Shown: positions 48,262 to 57,942 of the stretch, piece by piece
How the letters are laid out: every line of letters begins with the position of its first letter
Position numbering within the stretch: the first letter of the stretch is position 1
DNA from: Candidatus Latescibacterota bacterium
GTDB taxonomy: Bacteria; Latescibacterota; UBA2968; GCA-2709665
NCBI GenBank assembly: GCA_965222075.1
Contig: OZ244937.1
Coordinates: 832,001 to 896,000, forward strand
DNA: 64,000 nucleotides
Reading direction: 5' to 3'
Translations under genes and position numbers: made by a program
Notes under the pieces: generated by a model
What the model saw: the letters and a program-made list of their open reading frames with translations, nothing else
Told to the model about the DNA's origin: nothing
Database searches by the model: none

Positions 48262-49342
48262 AAGATACGAGGCCGGACGCCGGGACCCCTTCAACGTCTT
48301 CTCGGTTCTGCGCACCGAACACGATGAGGTGAATCTTCACTCCCGGTTTCTCGCGGCGCTGCTCGACTACCGGCAGCCGTCCGATGGACACCGGGAAAAC
48401 CTGGCGGATTTCCTGTGCACAGTTGGTATACGCGACCTCAAGCATGAAGATGCAACAGTCGGACGGGAGATCGACAATGTCGATATCCTGATTCGCGACT
48501 GCTCTTCCGCGGTGGTCATCGAGAACAAGATCTGGGCCGGAGATCAACCCAAACAACTGGAGAGATATGCCAAACAACAGAAGAGGGAAGGCTATGAAAA
48601 ACCGCATTTGCTGTACCTGACACTGGACGGCCACGACCCCTCCGAAGACAGCGTGGGGGATCTCAATCTCGAATGTATTTCCCTCAAATGTATTTCCTAC
48701 AAGGACGATCTTTCCCCGTGGTTGAAAAATTGTCAGCAACGCGCATACGATGAACCCGAGTTGCGGGAGTCGGTTGCCCAATACCTGCGCTTGATTGCAA
48801 AGCTGACAGGTACGGACTTTAGTGAGGCCTATATGAGTGCTTTGAAGGAACTTTGCCTGCAAGACAATAACCTCGTTCTTGTCCATGACCTGAACAAGGC
48901 TATGGTCGAAGCAAGGGTTTGGTTATTGCACCAGTTGTGGCAAGAGATCGAGTGCGAGCTGAAGAAAATTCCGGATCTTCCTAACAAGAAGAACAGTGAC
49001 AGAGGGGGCTTCAAAGAGAATATCGAACAGTTCGTCAGAGGGCAGAAAAATTACAAATGGCGTGGCATACGCTATTCGTTTAAACCTTGTTTCACACTCG
49101 AAGTTCAGGTTGGAGACTTTATTCGCATTGGCGTCTCATGCACGAAAGAAAAGAATAAAGACGAGTACAACAAACTCCAGGAAGCACTCGAGAAAGCACT
49201 CGGGAGAGGCAAGAGTAGTGAGTGGTGGGTTTGGTTTAAAGATGACCCGTGTCCGAATCTGAAGCACCCGACCCGGGAGGACCTTGAGCTGCTGGCGAAC
49301 GATGAATCAAGGCCGCGGAAGTGGCGTCTGGTCCGTAGGTAA
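48212..49342 (+). CDS. PD-(D/E)XK nuclease family protein (PDDEXK_4-like)
   Basis: EVNLHSRFL, VDILI...VIENKIWAGDQPKQLERY, YLTLDG. Confidence 0.85.
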   Translation: MSVNYQLLLEKAARLYERYEAGRRDPFNVFSVLRTEHDEVNLHSRFLAALLDYRQPSDGHRENLADFLCTVGIRDLKHEDATVGREIDNVDILIRDCSSAVVIENKIWAGDQPKQLERYAKQQKREGYEKPHLLYLTLDGHDPSEDSVGDLNLECISLKCISYKDDLSPWLKNCQQRAYDEPELRESVAQYLRLIAKLTGTDFSEAYMSALKELCLQDNNLVLVHDLNKAMVEARVWLLHQLWQEIECELKKIPDLPNKKNSDRGGFKENIEQFVRGQKNYKWRGIRYSFKPCFTLEVQVGDFIRIGVSCTKEKNKDEYNKLQEALEKALGRGKSSEWWVWFKDDPCPNLKHPTREDLELLANDESRPRKWRLVRR

Positions 49343-49392
49343 GGTGTGGGATAGCATCCCGGCCTCGCTCCGCCGTCATCATGATCTCCTGT

Positions 49393-49640
49393 AGCGCCTG
49401 TTTGGAAAATAACCTTTCAGATACCCAGGTCCAGCTGTTCTTTTGTTCTTGGCCTTTTTCTTGCTCGCCCAAGAAAAAGGCCGAAAAAGAAGGGCGCCGC
49501 TCAGGCGCCGCGGGGGCTGCTTTTCCGCGAATAGCCCCTGTGGTGGAAGCGGGAGCTTCTGGCCTGCGGACCTTTGGGGCGTTCCTGGGCGATGGTGCTG
49601 GAGGGAACCGCGCGGAAAAGCCCCTTCCCCCCGCCCCGAA
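49393..49640. mobile_element. MITE-like structured element, copy C
   Basis: GCCTGTTTGGAAAATAACC end plus core aligning to reverse complement of 22243-22473. Confidence 0.75.
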
Positions 49641-49877
49641 GGCGCGGGATCTGTCAACGCAACTATTTTCATCATCATGGGTGCCCCAAAGGGCGCATGA
49701 CAACTGATATGTCTTCGCCTGGCCCGACTTCGGCAGGTAGCTCAGGCGGATTCTGTAGAATAGCGCGGACAGGTGGTTGCGGAGGTCGAGCGATTTTGGG
49801 CAGTAGGGGCGCGTTGTGATGCGTCTCTTCGACGAGTTAACCGAATGCCTGAAGGTTGGGGCAATAAGGAGCGTTCA

Positions 49878-50780
49878 ATGGAAAAGATCGGCTTTATCGG
49901 CCTGGGCATTATGGGCAAACCGATGGCGAAGAATTTGGTGAAGGCGGGGTACGATCTGACGTTTTATGCGCGGCGGCCGGAGGTGGTCGAGGAGATGGAG
50001 GCCGAAGGGGCAACCGCAGTGGGATCGTCGAAGGCGGTTGCCGAAGCGACGGATATTGTGGTTACGATTGTGACCGCCGATCCGGAGGTGAGGGAGGTGG
50101 TTTCAGGGCCGGAGGGGGTGCTGGAAGGGGCGTCCGAAGGACAGCTTGTTGTGGATATGAGCACGATCTCCCCGTTGACGATCCAGGAGATCGCCGGGGC
50201 GGCGGCAGAGAAGGGAGTGCGCGTGATGGACGCGCCGGTGAGCGGGGGAGATACCGGCGCGATTGCAGGGACGTTGACGATTATCGCCGGGGGAGAGACG
50301 GAGGATTTCGAGCGCTGTCAGGGGATTTTCAAGGCGATGGGAAAGGAGGAGAATATTTTCCACGTGGGGCCGGTGGGGGTGGGGCAGACGGTGAAAATCA
50401 TCAATCAGTTTATCGGGGGGATCAACATAGCGGCGATTTCCGAGGGGCTGGTGCTGGGGATCAAGGCGGGGGCCGACCCGGAGGTGATGCGGCAGGTGAT
50501 CGGCGTGAGTTCGGGGAATTCGACCCTGTTTCAACTCCGGGTGGAGGATTTTCTGCTGAAGGACTCGTTCGCGCCGGGCTTTATGCTGGATCTCATGAAG
50601 AAGGATATGGGGATTGCAGTCGACCTGGGCAAAGCGCTGAACGTGCCGGTGCCGATCGGGGCCGCGGCCTACCAGATGTACGCCGCAGCGAGCAGCTTAG
50701 GCGAGGGACAGAGCGATTTTTCGGCGGTTTGCAAGGCGATTGAGCACCTGACGGGGGTCAGGATCGGGCGGTCGGCGTGA
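49878..50780 (+). CDS. 2-hydroxy-3-oxopropionate reductase/3-hydroxyisobutyrate dehydrogenase family
   Basis: IGFIGLGIMGKPMA, DAPVSGG, KDM. Confidence 0.92.
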   Translation: MEKIGFIGLGIMGKPMAKNLVKAGYDLTFYARRPEVVEEMEAEGATAVGSSKAVAEATDIVVTIVTADPEVREVVSGPEGVLEGASEGQLVVDMSTISPLTIQEIAGAAAEKGVRVMDAPVSGGDTGAIAGTLTIIAGGETEDFERCQGIFKAMGKEENIFHVGPVGVGQTVKIINQFIGGINIAAISEGLVLGIKAGADPEVMRQVIGVSSGNSTLFQLRVEDFLLKDSFAPGFMLDLMKKDMGIAVDLGKALNVPVPIGAAAYQMYAAASSLGEGQSDFSAVCKAIEHLTGVRIGRSA

Positions 50781-50817
50781 AGGACCGCAGAGACGCAGAG
50801 GGCGCAGGAAAAAACCA

Positions 50818-52365
50818 TTATCCTGTCCCGTATTTCTTTCCGTACCGCTCCCGTAAAACCGCTTTTTGGACTTTCCCGGTTGCGGTGGTCACCGGGAGTT
50901 TGTCGACGATTTCCACGTATTTCGGTTTTTTGTAGCCCGCCGCGCGGGTGCGGACAAAGTCGATGATTTCATCCGGTGTGATTTCTGCGCCTTCCGACGG
51001 CACGACCGCGGCCAGGACCGATTCTCCCCATTCCGGATCGGGGATGCCGACGACGGCGGCGTCCCGGATTTTTGGATTTTCCTTGAGTAGCCGTTCGATT
51101 TCGAGGGGGTAAATATTCTCCCCGCCGCTGATGATGATGTCCCTGGCCCGGCCGGCAAGGTAGAGGTAGCCGTCACTGTCGAGGCGGCCCAGGTCCCCGC
51201 TGTGGAGCCATCCCCCTTTCAACGCCTCGGCGGTCCTGTCGGGCATGTCCCAGTATGCCTGCATCATGGAGGGGGTGCGGGCGACGACTTCGCCGACCTC
51301 TCCAGGCGCGACCGGGCGGTCGGCTTCATCAACCAGACGGATTTCCACCGAGGGCATCGGGCAGCCGACCGATCCGATCTTTGTGTGGTTGTGCCGGGTG
51401 AGTTTGCAGACGGTGAGGATGCAGCCGGCTTCGGTGAGGCCGTAGGTGACGTAGACGTCGGCGTTGAAGGTCCGAAGGATGTCGTCCAGGAGGTCGGGGG
51501 GGAAGGTATCGGAGGAGCCGAGGCAGCGCTGCACCGAGCGCAGGTCCCGTTTTTGTTCCTGCTGGCGGGCGAGGAGCCAGCGCCAGACGGTGGGGACGCA
51601 GAAGAGGTTGGTGGCGCCGTGCTGTTCGGCCGCGGTGAGGATGGCGTCCGGGTCGCCGCCGTCCAGGACGACGAGCGTGGCGCCTGTGAGGAAGTGGGGG
51701 AGAACGAGACAGTCGGGGCCGCCGGTGTGGAAGAGTGGGTAGACGCAGACGCCGACATCGCCGGAATGGCCGCCGGTGGCAAGGGCTAAGGAGAGGGCGT
51801 GGAGGTAGTGGCTTTTGTGGGAGAGGACCGTGCCTTTGGGGAAGCCGGTGGTGCCGGAGGTGTAGAGGATGATGTGGGGGTCGTTCTCGCTCAGGTGCAC
51901 GGCCGGTTCATCGGGTGAGGAGGCCTGGACAATTTCCTCAAGGTCGCGTTCTGCGTTTTCCGGGCGGGACCCGTAAAAGAGCGTCCACTCAAGTCCGTCC
52001 GGTTCGCTTAAGGCCGCGACCCCTGAAAGTCGGCCGTCCACGATTAAGGCCGAACTCCCCGATTGCCGGAGGGTATAGTGGATTTCCCGGCCTTTGTACC
52101 AGAAGTTGACCGGGACCATGATCGCCCCGATTTTGGCCAGGGCAAAGTAGATTGCCACATAGGTGTTCGAGTTCCGGCCAAGCACGGCGATCCGGTCGCC
52201 CACGTCCACGCCCAGGCCGCGCAGGCCGTTGGCCAGGCGATTCGTCCGCTCGTTCAGTTCAGCATAGGTGAGGGTCTCCCCGCCAAAGATGAGGGCGGCT
52301 TTGTCCCGCAGGCCCGGGTGGTCGGCGTTTTTTTGGAGGATGCTCCCCAAAAGCATCTTCTGCAT
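50818..52365 (-). CDS. Acyl-CoA synthetase (AMP-binding)
   Basis: YTSGTTGFPKG, YGLTE, SGDLG, SGGENIYP. Confidence 0.93.
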   Translation of the reverse strand: MQKMLLGSILQKNADHPGLRDKAALIFGGETLTYAELNERTNRLANGLRGLGVDVGDRIAVLGRNSNTYVAIYFALAKIGAIMVPVNFWYKGREIHYTLRQSGSSALIVDGRLSGVAALSEPDGLEWTLFYGSRPENAERDLEEIVQASSPDEPAVHLSENDPHIILYTSGTTGFPKGTVLSHKSHYLHALSLALATGGHSGDVGVCVYPLFHTGGPDCLVLPHFLTGATLVVLDGGDPDAILTAAEQHGATNLFCVPTVWRWLLARQQEQKRDLRSVQRCLGSSDTFPPDLLDDILRTFNADVYVTYGLTEAGCILTVCKLTRHNHTKIGSVGCPMPSVEIRLVDEADRPVAPGEVGEVVARTPSMMQAYWDMPDRTAEALKGGWLHSGDLGRLDSDGYLYLAGRARDIIISGGENIYPLEIERLLKENPKIRDAAVVGIPDPEWGESVLAAVVPSEGAEITPDEIIDFVRTRAAGYKKPKYVEIVDKLPVTTATGKVQKAVLRERYGKKYGTG

Positions 52366-52377
52366 CGTTTATCCCAT

Positions 52378-53835
52378 TCAAAGCAACGCCTCCCTCCCGA
52401 ACCGCTCGGCGGCCTCCAGGGTCTCGCGCACGTCGTCCCAGGTGGTGGTGTGATTCATGATGCAGAGCCTGAGCGCAAAGGTGCCGTGGAGAAGGGTCGA
52501 TGACATGAACGCGCGGTCTTCCCAAAAGACGCGGGCGAGCACGTTTCTGTTGATCGCTTCCAGGGCGTCCTCGTCGCGGTCGGTGTTCGTGGGGTTGATC
52601 CGGAAGCAGACGATCCCCAGGGACACGGGGGTCAAGAGCTCCAGGGTCTGGCTCTCCTGGATGTAGTCTCCGGCCCGGGCGGCGAGTTCCATCCCCCTGG
52701 CCACGGCCCGCCGGAACGCGGCCATTCCGAACGTCTGTACCGACATCCAGATTTTCAAGGCCCGCACCGAGCGGCTCAGCTGCAGGCCGCGGTCGGAGAT
52801 GTTCGGGTGGTTCGCGCCCCACACGGTGTCCTGCAGGATATCGGGCCGCACCGCGAAGGCGCGCTCCAGCGTGTGTGCGTCCTTTACCAGAAGGCTGCCC
52901 GCCTCGTAGGGTTGGAAGAACCATTTGTGGGCGTCCAGCCCGATCGAGTCGGCGCGCTCGATCCCACGCAAGAGTCTCTTGCCCTGCTCGGTCACGACCG
53001 CAAAGCCGCCGTACGCGGCGTCGACGTGCAGCCAAATGCCTTCCGCCTCGCAGTAGTCCGCCATGGCCTCCAGCGGATCGATCGCCCCGGTGCTGCTCGT
53101 TCCGGCGTTGGCGCATACCGCGATGGGGTTGAACCCCGCGGCGCGGTCGTGGGTGACGGCCTGCGCGAGCGTGTCCATGTCGAGGCGGAAGCGCCCGTCG
53201 CTGGGAACCATGCGTATGTATTCGGGCCGCACGCCGATGATTCTGGCCGCGCGGATGTGGGCGCTATGGCTCTGGTCGCTCATGTACACGGTCGCGCGCT
53301 CGGGGTGGCCCGCCGCTTCCCGGGCGGCGACGAAGGCGTCGAGGCTGGCTGCCGAGCCTCCGCTTGTGAGGAGCCCGCCCGCGCTGTCCGGATAGCCGAT
53401 CCAGCGCCGGAGCCAGTCAATGACGACCAGTTCGAGCTGGCTTGGACCGCTTGAGGCCAGCCAGGTGCATGCGTTGATGTTGTACCCGGCGGCCATGAAG
53501 TCGGCCAGCACCCCCGGCCAGGTGGGCGACGACGGGATAAACGCAAAGAAACGGGGGTGGTCCAACCGCATCGCGAACGGGAGGATCTCTCTTGCAGCCT
53601 GTTCTATGATCTCTACTGCCGGCCGGCCGTCCTCGGGCGGCTCTTCCATGAGCTGGTCCTCAAGCTCCCGCCGGAACTCGCCGTCCCAGGCACCTTCTCC
53701 GGGGAGATTCTCGATTCGCGCGACCAGGAGTTCCGCCGCCTTCCGCGCGAGGTCGAGCATGAGCTCGGGCGCCATCTGGAGGTCGCCGCGCACCTCACCG
53801 CACGCTTCCTCTTTTCCCTGCGTGGGTTCCGCCAT
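52378..53835 (-). CDS. Group II PLP-dependent (aromatic amino acid-like) decarboxylase
   Basis: HPRFFAF, SGGSAA, HVDAAYGG, DAHKW. Confidence 0.92.
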   Translation of the reverse strand: MAEPTQGKEEACGEVRGDLQMAPELMLDLARKAAELLVARIENLPGEGAWDGEFRRELEDQLMEEPPEDGRPAVEIIEQAAREILPFAMRLDHPRFFAFIPSSPTWPGVLADFMAAGYNINACTWLASSGPSQLELVVIDWLRRWIGYPDSAGGLLTSGGSAASLDAFVAAREAAGHPERATVYMSDQSHSAHIRAARIIGVRPEYIRMVPSDGRFRLDMDTLAQAVTHDRAAGFNPIAVCANAGTSSTGAIDPLEAMADYCEAEGIWLHVDAAYGGFAVVTEQGKRLLRGIERADSIGLDAHKWFFQPYEAGSLLVKDAHTLERAFAVRPDILQDTVWGANHPNISDRGLQLSRSVRALKIWMSVQTFGMAAFRRAVARGMELAARAGDYIQESQTLELLTPVSLGIVCFRINPTNTDRDEDALEAINRNVLARVFWEDRAFMSSTLLHGTFALRLCIMNHTTTWDDVRETLEAAERFGREALL

Positions 53836-53891
53836 GTCCTGCCTTCTTGTTATGCGCCCCGATGCCGCAACATCCGCGACAGACAGGCAGG

Positions 53892-54627
53892 TCAATTTGA
53901 GGATACTTCTTTGCCGAAGTCTCTGACAAAGATCAAAAAATCATCCCACCCAATCGTGCCATCGGCATCCAGGTCATACCAAATCGTCGTACCCCTCATC
54001 GCCTTGACTGCGTCTATACCGTTTGGCAAACTCAACAAAGTCACCCAGGCCCACAATACCATCCCCGTCAAAGTCGGGCTCTCGCCGATAAAAGCCGGAG
54101 CCAATGACAAAAACCTGGCCCGGGTAGATGCTGTCCGGTCCGAAGGAAAAGGATACCGCGTAGCTCACCTTGGGCGAGCCGGTGTCTTCGTCGCCCTGTA
54201 CCTCCGGGTCGTCAAAACGATACACGACATAGCCTCCTCCCCCCAGCGCCGCCGCAATGAGCTCCTGTACTATTTTGACGCCATTGACGTCTTCAATATC
54301 CCAGTTCGTTGTGCCCTCGCGGTACGGATTGGCCCCGTGAAAGATCACGAATCCCGTCGTAGTCACAACAAACAGGTATGTGGAACCATGCTTCCAGGGC
54401 CCCCCTTCGACCCTGAACTCGCTCTCCAATTTTTTCAGATCGAACCCGTGTTTATCAAAGGCCTCAAGCGTCCACGCAAGTGCCCCGTCTACAAAGGCCT
54501 TCAGGGTTTCCCGGTCTACCACGTCGCTGGCCGTTATCGGCTCTTCCTGAGCGACGGCGGGACCCGGCGTCGGCAAAGACGCTGACCAGGCCCCCACCAA
54601 AAGGACTGCGGATGTGATGGGCTTCAT
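53892..54627 (-). CDS. Secreted Cache-domain protein with dockerin/EF-hand-like tail, frameshifted near 53982
   Basis: YLFV...FHGA, D.NG.KIVQELI, KVSYA; DFDGDGIVGLGDF in one frame and YDLDADGTIGWDDF in another. Confidence 0.7.
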
Positions 54628-54671
54628 GATGGTCTCCCTTCTTGAGCGATTTTGGCAATTTTGCGAGCCTG

Positions 54672-55217
54672 TTATTTGGCCAGCACGCCTACCTCGTCTG
54701 TTCTCCGCTTCCACGTATCGACTGTGCGGTCGCTGTGGATGATCTTCATGTACGTGTCTTTTGTGACCGCCAGGGTCGTGTTTTCGTAGATTTGCTGCCT
54801 GCCGTCGGTATGGGTAAAGGTCGTCCGGTTGCCGTCAACGGCGACCCGGCCCTGGAAGGTGGTGTCGGGGGTTGTATAGGTTGGCTGATGGGTCAGGCCG
54901 TAGCCCCCGCCAATGCGGAGGCGTTCCTCCCGGGTGAAGGTCTGTTCATTGAGGGTATAGATCGATTCCGTAATCTGGATCTGGTTTTCCGCCGCAGAGA
55001 AAGAGGCAGTGACGTGGGCCCTGTCCTTACCCATGGGAAACCATTCGTAAAAACCGTTCACAGCAGGCGGCCGGAGTTCTTTTCCATCCGGGAGTTTCCG
55101 GCTTTCCAGACTCCATTTGCCCCTGATGCCAAACTGGTATTTGGTATCGTCACTACAGCCAATGGTCAGGAGCAGCATCTGTGCGAACAGAACGACACAT
55201 ACGAAAGCTCGAGACAT
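54672..55217 (-). CDS. Hypothetical lipoprotein (lipocalin-like)
   Basis: Lipobox-like TIGC, GKWSL. Confidence 0.6.
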   Translation of the reverse strand: MSRAFVCVVLFAQMLLLTIGCSDDTKYQFGIRGKWSLESRKLPDGKELRPPAVNGFYEWFPMGKDRAHVTASFSAAENQIQITESIYTLNEQTFTREERLRIGGGYGLTHQPTYTTPDTTFQGRVAVDGNRTTFTHTDGRQQIYENTTLAVTKDTYMKIIHSDRTVDTWKRRTDEVGVLAK

Positions 55218-55276
55218 CTGCCTTACCCTCCGTGAAAGCCTTTAAATCCGCATTCCACAATCCGCAATTGGGTGTC

Positions 55277-56401
55277 TTACTCCGGGTCTTCGATGCAGAA
55301 CCGGCTCACCATCCGGGCGAAGGCGTCCACCCCTTTGTAGAGCTGGTCCCTGGCGATCCATTCGTCGGTCTTGTGCGCCTGCTGGATGCTCCCGGGTCCC
55401 ATCACGACCAGTTCCATCGCCTTTCCAAAGATCATGCCGTCGGTCCCGTAAGCCACGGTTTTCGGCTTGCGCTTTCCGGTGACCTTTAAAGCCTCCCGGA
55501 TGATGCGGGAGCCGGGCGGGGTGTGGAGGGGTTCAAGGTCATAGCCGACCTTCACCTTAACGCCGTGTTTTTGACCCAGACGCTCCACTTTTTTCTGGAT
55601 CGGGTTCCAGTTCTGGTCCGGCATGGGACGTGCGTTGATGGTCGCCCGGCTCTCTCTGGCCGTGACGTTGGAGGCGGTGTCCCCGTCGCCCATCACGATA
55701 TTCCAGGTGCAGTGGGGAGGATCGAACGTGTTGTTCCGGTAAGCCGGGTCATTCTCAACCTTGTTGATCAACCCAACCATGTCATTGAGGAAGGGGATCA
55801 TCAGATGGTTGGCGTTCACGCCCCGCCCGGTGCTGCTGTGGGCCGCCCGGCCCTTTGCCGTGGCTTCGACTTTGAAGGCGCCTTTGTGCGCGTAGACCAC
55901 GTCCAAAAGGGTGGGTTCGCCGATGATCCCGTAGCGCACCCTGGATGATTTGAGCGTTTTGGAGCGATTCAGTACTGCCCGCGCTCCTCCGCTGGTGGTC
56001 TCTTCGTCTGCGGTGACAACGACGTAGACCGGGCGTTTCAGGTCTTTTGCCGAGAAGGCGGCGGCAGTGGCGATCATGCAGGCCACCGACCCTTTCATGT
56101 CGGCGCTTCCCCTGCCGTAGAGACGGCCGTCTTTTGCGGTAAGTTTGAAGGGATCGGTGGCCCACCCGTCTGCAGGCACGACGTCGGAGTGCCCCATCAG
56201 GGCCAGCCCGCCGGTGCCGTGGCCCTTTTTTCCCACCAGGCTGACTTTGAGTTCGCCGTTTGCATCCTGGTAGTCCACGCGTTCTACGGTGAGGCCGGCC
56301 TGGCGCATCCGCTTTGCGATCGCTTTTGAGAGCGAGGCGTTGCTGAACAGGCTGGCCGAGTTGTAGGATACGAATTCCGCGGTTATGTCGATGGCGTCCA
56401 T
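55277..56401 (-). CDS. M20 peptidase/acetylornithine deacetylase ArgE-like
   Basis: GHSDVVP, GRGSADMKG, ADEE, GEPT, AHKTDE. Confidence 0.9.
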   Translation of the reverse strand: MDAIDITAEFVSYNSASLFSNASLSKAIAKRMRQAGLTVERVDYQDANGELKVSLVGKKGHGTGGLALMGHSDVVPADGWATDPFKLTAKDGRLYGRGSADMKGSVACMIATAAAFSAKDLKRPVYVVVTADEETTSGGARAVLNRSKTLKSSRVRYGIIGEPTLLDVVYAHKGAFKVEATAKGRAAHSSTGRGVNANHLMIPFLNDMVGLINKVENDPAYRNNTFDPPHCTWNIVMGDGDTASNVTARESRATINARPMPDQNWNPIQKKVERLGQKHGVKVKVGYDLEPLHTPPGSRIIREALKVTGKRKPKTVAYGTDGMIFGKAMELVVMGPGSIQQAHKTDEWIARDQLYKGVDAFARMVSRFCIEDPE

Positions 56402-57426
56402 TATCCCTCCAGTTCTTGACGGACGATTTTTACACCCTTGACCATGTTCTGAAGCTTTTGAAAGGCCAGCCAGCGGGGGAGCTGGAAGAAGCCGCAGTCG
56501 GGGGTGATCCACAGCTTCTCGGGAGGCACGTATTTAAGGGTCTCGCGCACCCGCTCGGCCACGTCTTCGGGCGATTCCACGTAGAAAGACTTGACGTCTA
56601 CGAGGCCTGCGGCTACTTCCCGTTCCCGGGCGATTTCCTTGCAGAGTTCCAGTTCCACCAGTTCCCGGTTGGCGAATTCAAGCGAGATCTGCTGCGCGTT
56701 GGACCGCATGATGTCGCTTAGCATCCAGGCGTAGCGCCGCTTTCCCCGGGGGCGGCTGCCCAGGTTGCCGAAGCAGATGTGCAGCCCGATCTTTGCGTTT
56801 ACGCCTTCCACGGTGTGGTTGAACAGGTCAATCCAGTTTTGGGAACTGCCCGGCACGATCGAAAAAGAGGGCTCGTCGAGCTGGATGAAGTCGGCCCCGG
56901 CCGCCACCAGGCCTTTCAGTTCACTGTTCACCACGCCGGCGAATTCGTAGGCCAGTTCGATCCGATCTTTGTAAATCCGGTCGTCTTGCAGCTGGATGTG
57001 GATGGTGAGGGTGAGGGGCCCGGGACAGGTGGCTTTCAGGGGACGGTCCGTATGGGCTTTGGCATATTCGAATTCTTCGACAACCCCCAGCCCCCCGGGC
57101 ACCTGGACGCGTTCGACCGCCCGCCAGCGGGGGACGCTGTCGTAGCCGTAGAGGCCTGTTTGTCGGAGCGTGGGTCTGGGGGCCAAGCCCTTGAAGCGGC
57201 GGTAGAAGCTCTGTACGAAATACCAGCGGCGCATCTCCCCGTCGGTGATCACGTCGATGCCCGCCCGCTGCTGGTCGAGCATGGCAATGTTGGCCGCGTC
57301 GTCGAACGTCTCCCGGATATCGGTGGAACCGTAGTTGTCCTGGTCAATCTGCTCCACAGCCGTCCAGAACCAGCCCGGCAGGGCATAGCTTCCGATCACG
57401 CTTGTAGGCAGCAAGTTATCGCTCAT
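56401..57426 (-). CDS. Cobalamin-independent methionine synthase, catalytic-domain-only type
   Basis: TDGEMRR, QLDEP, HICFGN, PDCG. Confidence 0.88.
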   Translation of the reverse strand: MSDNLLPTSVIGSYALPGWFWTAVEQIDQDNYGSTDIRETFDDAANIAMLDQQRAGIDVITDGEMRRWYFVQSFYRRFKGLAPRPTLRQTGLYGYDSVPRWRAVERVQVPGGLGVVEEFEYAKAHTDRPLKATCPGPLTLTIHIQLQDDRIYKDRIELAYEFAGVVNSELKGLVAAGADFIQLDEPSFSIVPGSSQNWIDLFNHTVEGVNAKIGLHICFGNLGSRPRGKRRYAWMLSDIMRSNAQQISLEFANRELVELELCKEIAREREVAAGLVDVKSFYVESPEDVAERVRETLKYVPPEKLWITPDCGFFQLPRWLAFQKLQNMVKGVKIVRQELEG

Positions 57427-57649
57427 AGAAAGGCCTTTTTGATGAAAGAGAATATAGCGGTTCCACACTATGGAGTCAATAAAATGTTATGAACGCTCGG
57501 ATTCGGGCGCTGGTATAAAAAGCAGTGCTTATCGTGCTTTGTCAAGTAGAAACAGGATCAGACGTTTCGGATGCCTCAGGACGGGGATATCGATGACCAC
57601 GTTTCCACAATCAGATGCTTCCGGGTACGCATTTGCCGTTTCAGGAAGA

Positions 57650-57890
57650 TTGACTTCACGCCCCCGATTGCGTATCTTCACTGTTTACGCAACGTGTGTA
57701 AGCAGCGGGATGTTCAGCCCGGCGAGGTCCTCTGCGAGTCCCGGACGATTGACGAGCGGCTGCTGATGTTTGTGAAGGGCAAGTCGGCAGGAGGGGAGAA
57801 GCTGTTGGCGTTGACACCGGTCCGCTTTGACCAGGCCTTCGGTGCGGGTGTGAGACACTCGGCACAACCGGAGGCCTTTTTGTGTTTTTT
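57650..57890 (+). promoter_or_regulatory. Promoter, structured leader and intrinsic terminator upstream of ggt (candidate attenuator or sRNA)
   Basis: TTGACT-17-TATCTT; hairpin GGCCTTCGG...CCGGAGGCC (57834-57876) followed by T tract. Confidence 0.55.
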
Positions 57891-57942
57891 GGGGGTGGCA
57901 GAGGCATTCAGTTGAGGATTGAAGCATAGAGGAGACACATCT

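Noticed and set aside
57427-57900. Cobalamin or SAM riboswitch for the MetE-like gene
   Set aside because: Consensus boxes absent on the minus strand; a promoter lies close to the start codon.
57571-57915. 114-aa ORF
   Set aside because: No motifs; overlaps a promoter and terminator, so probably spurious.
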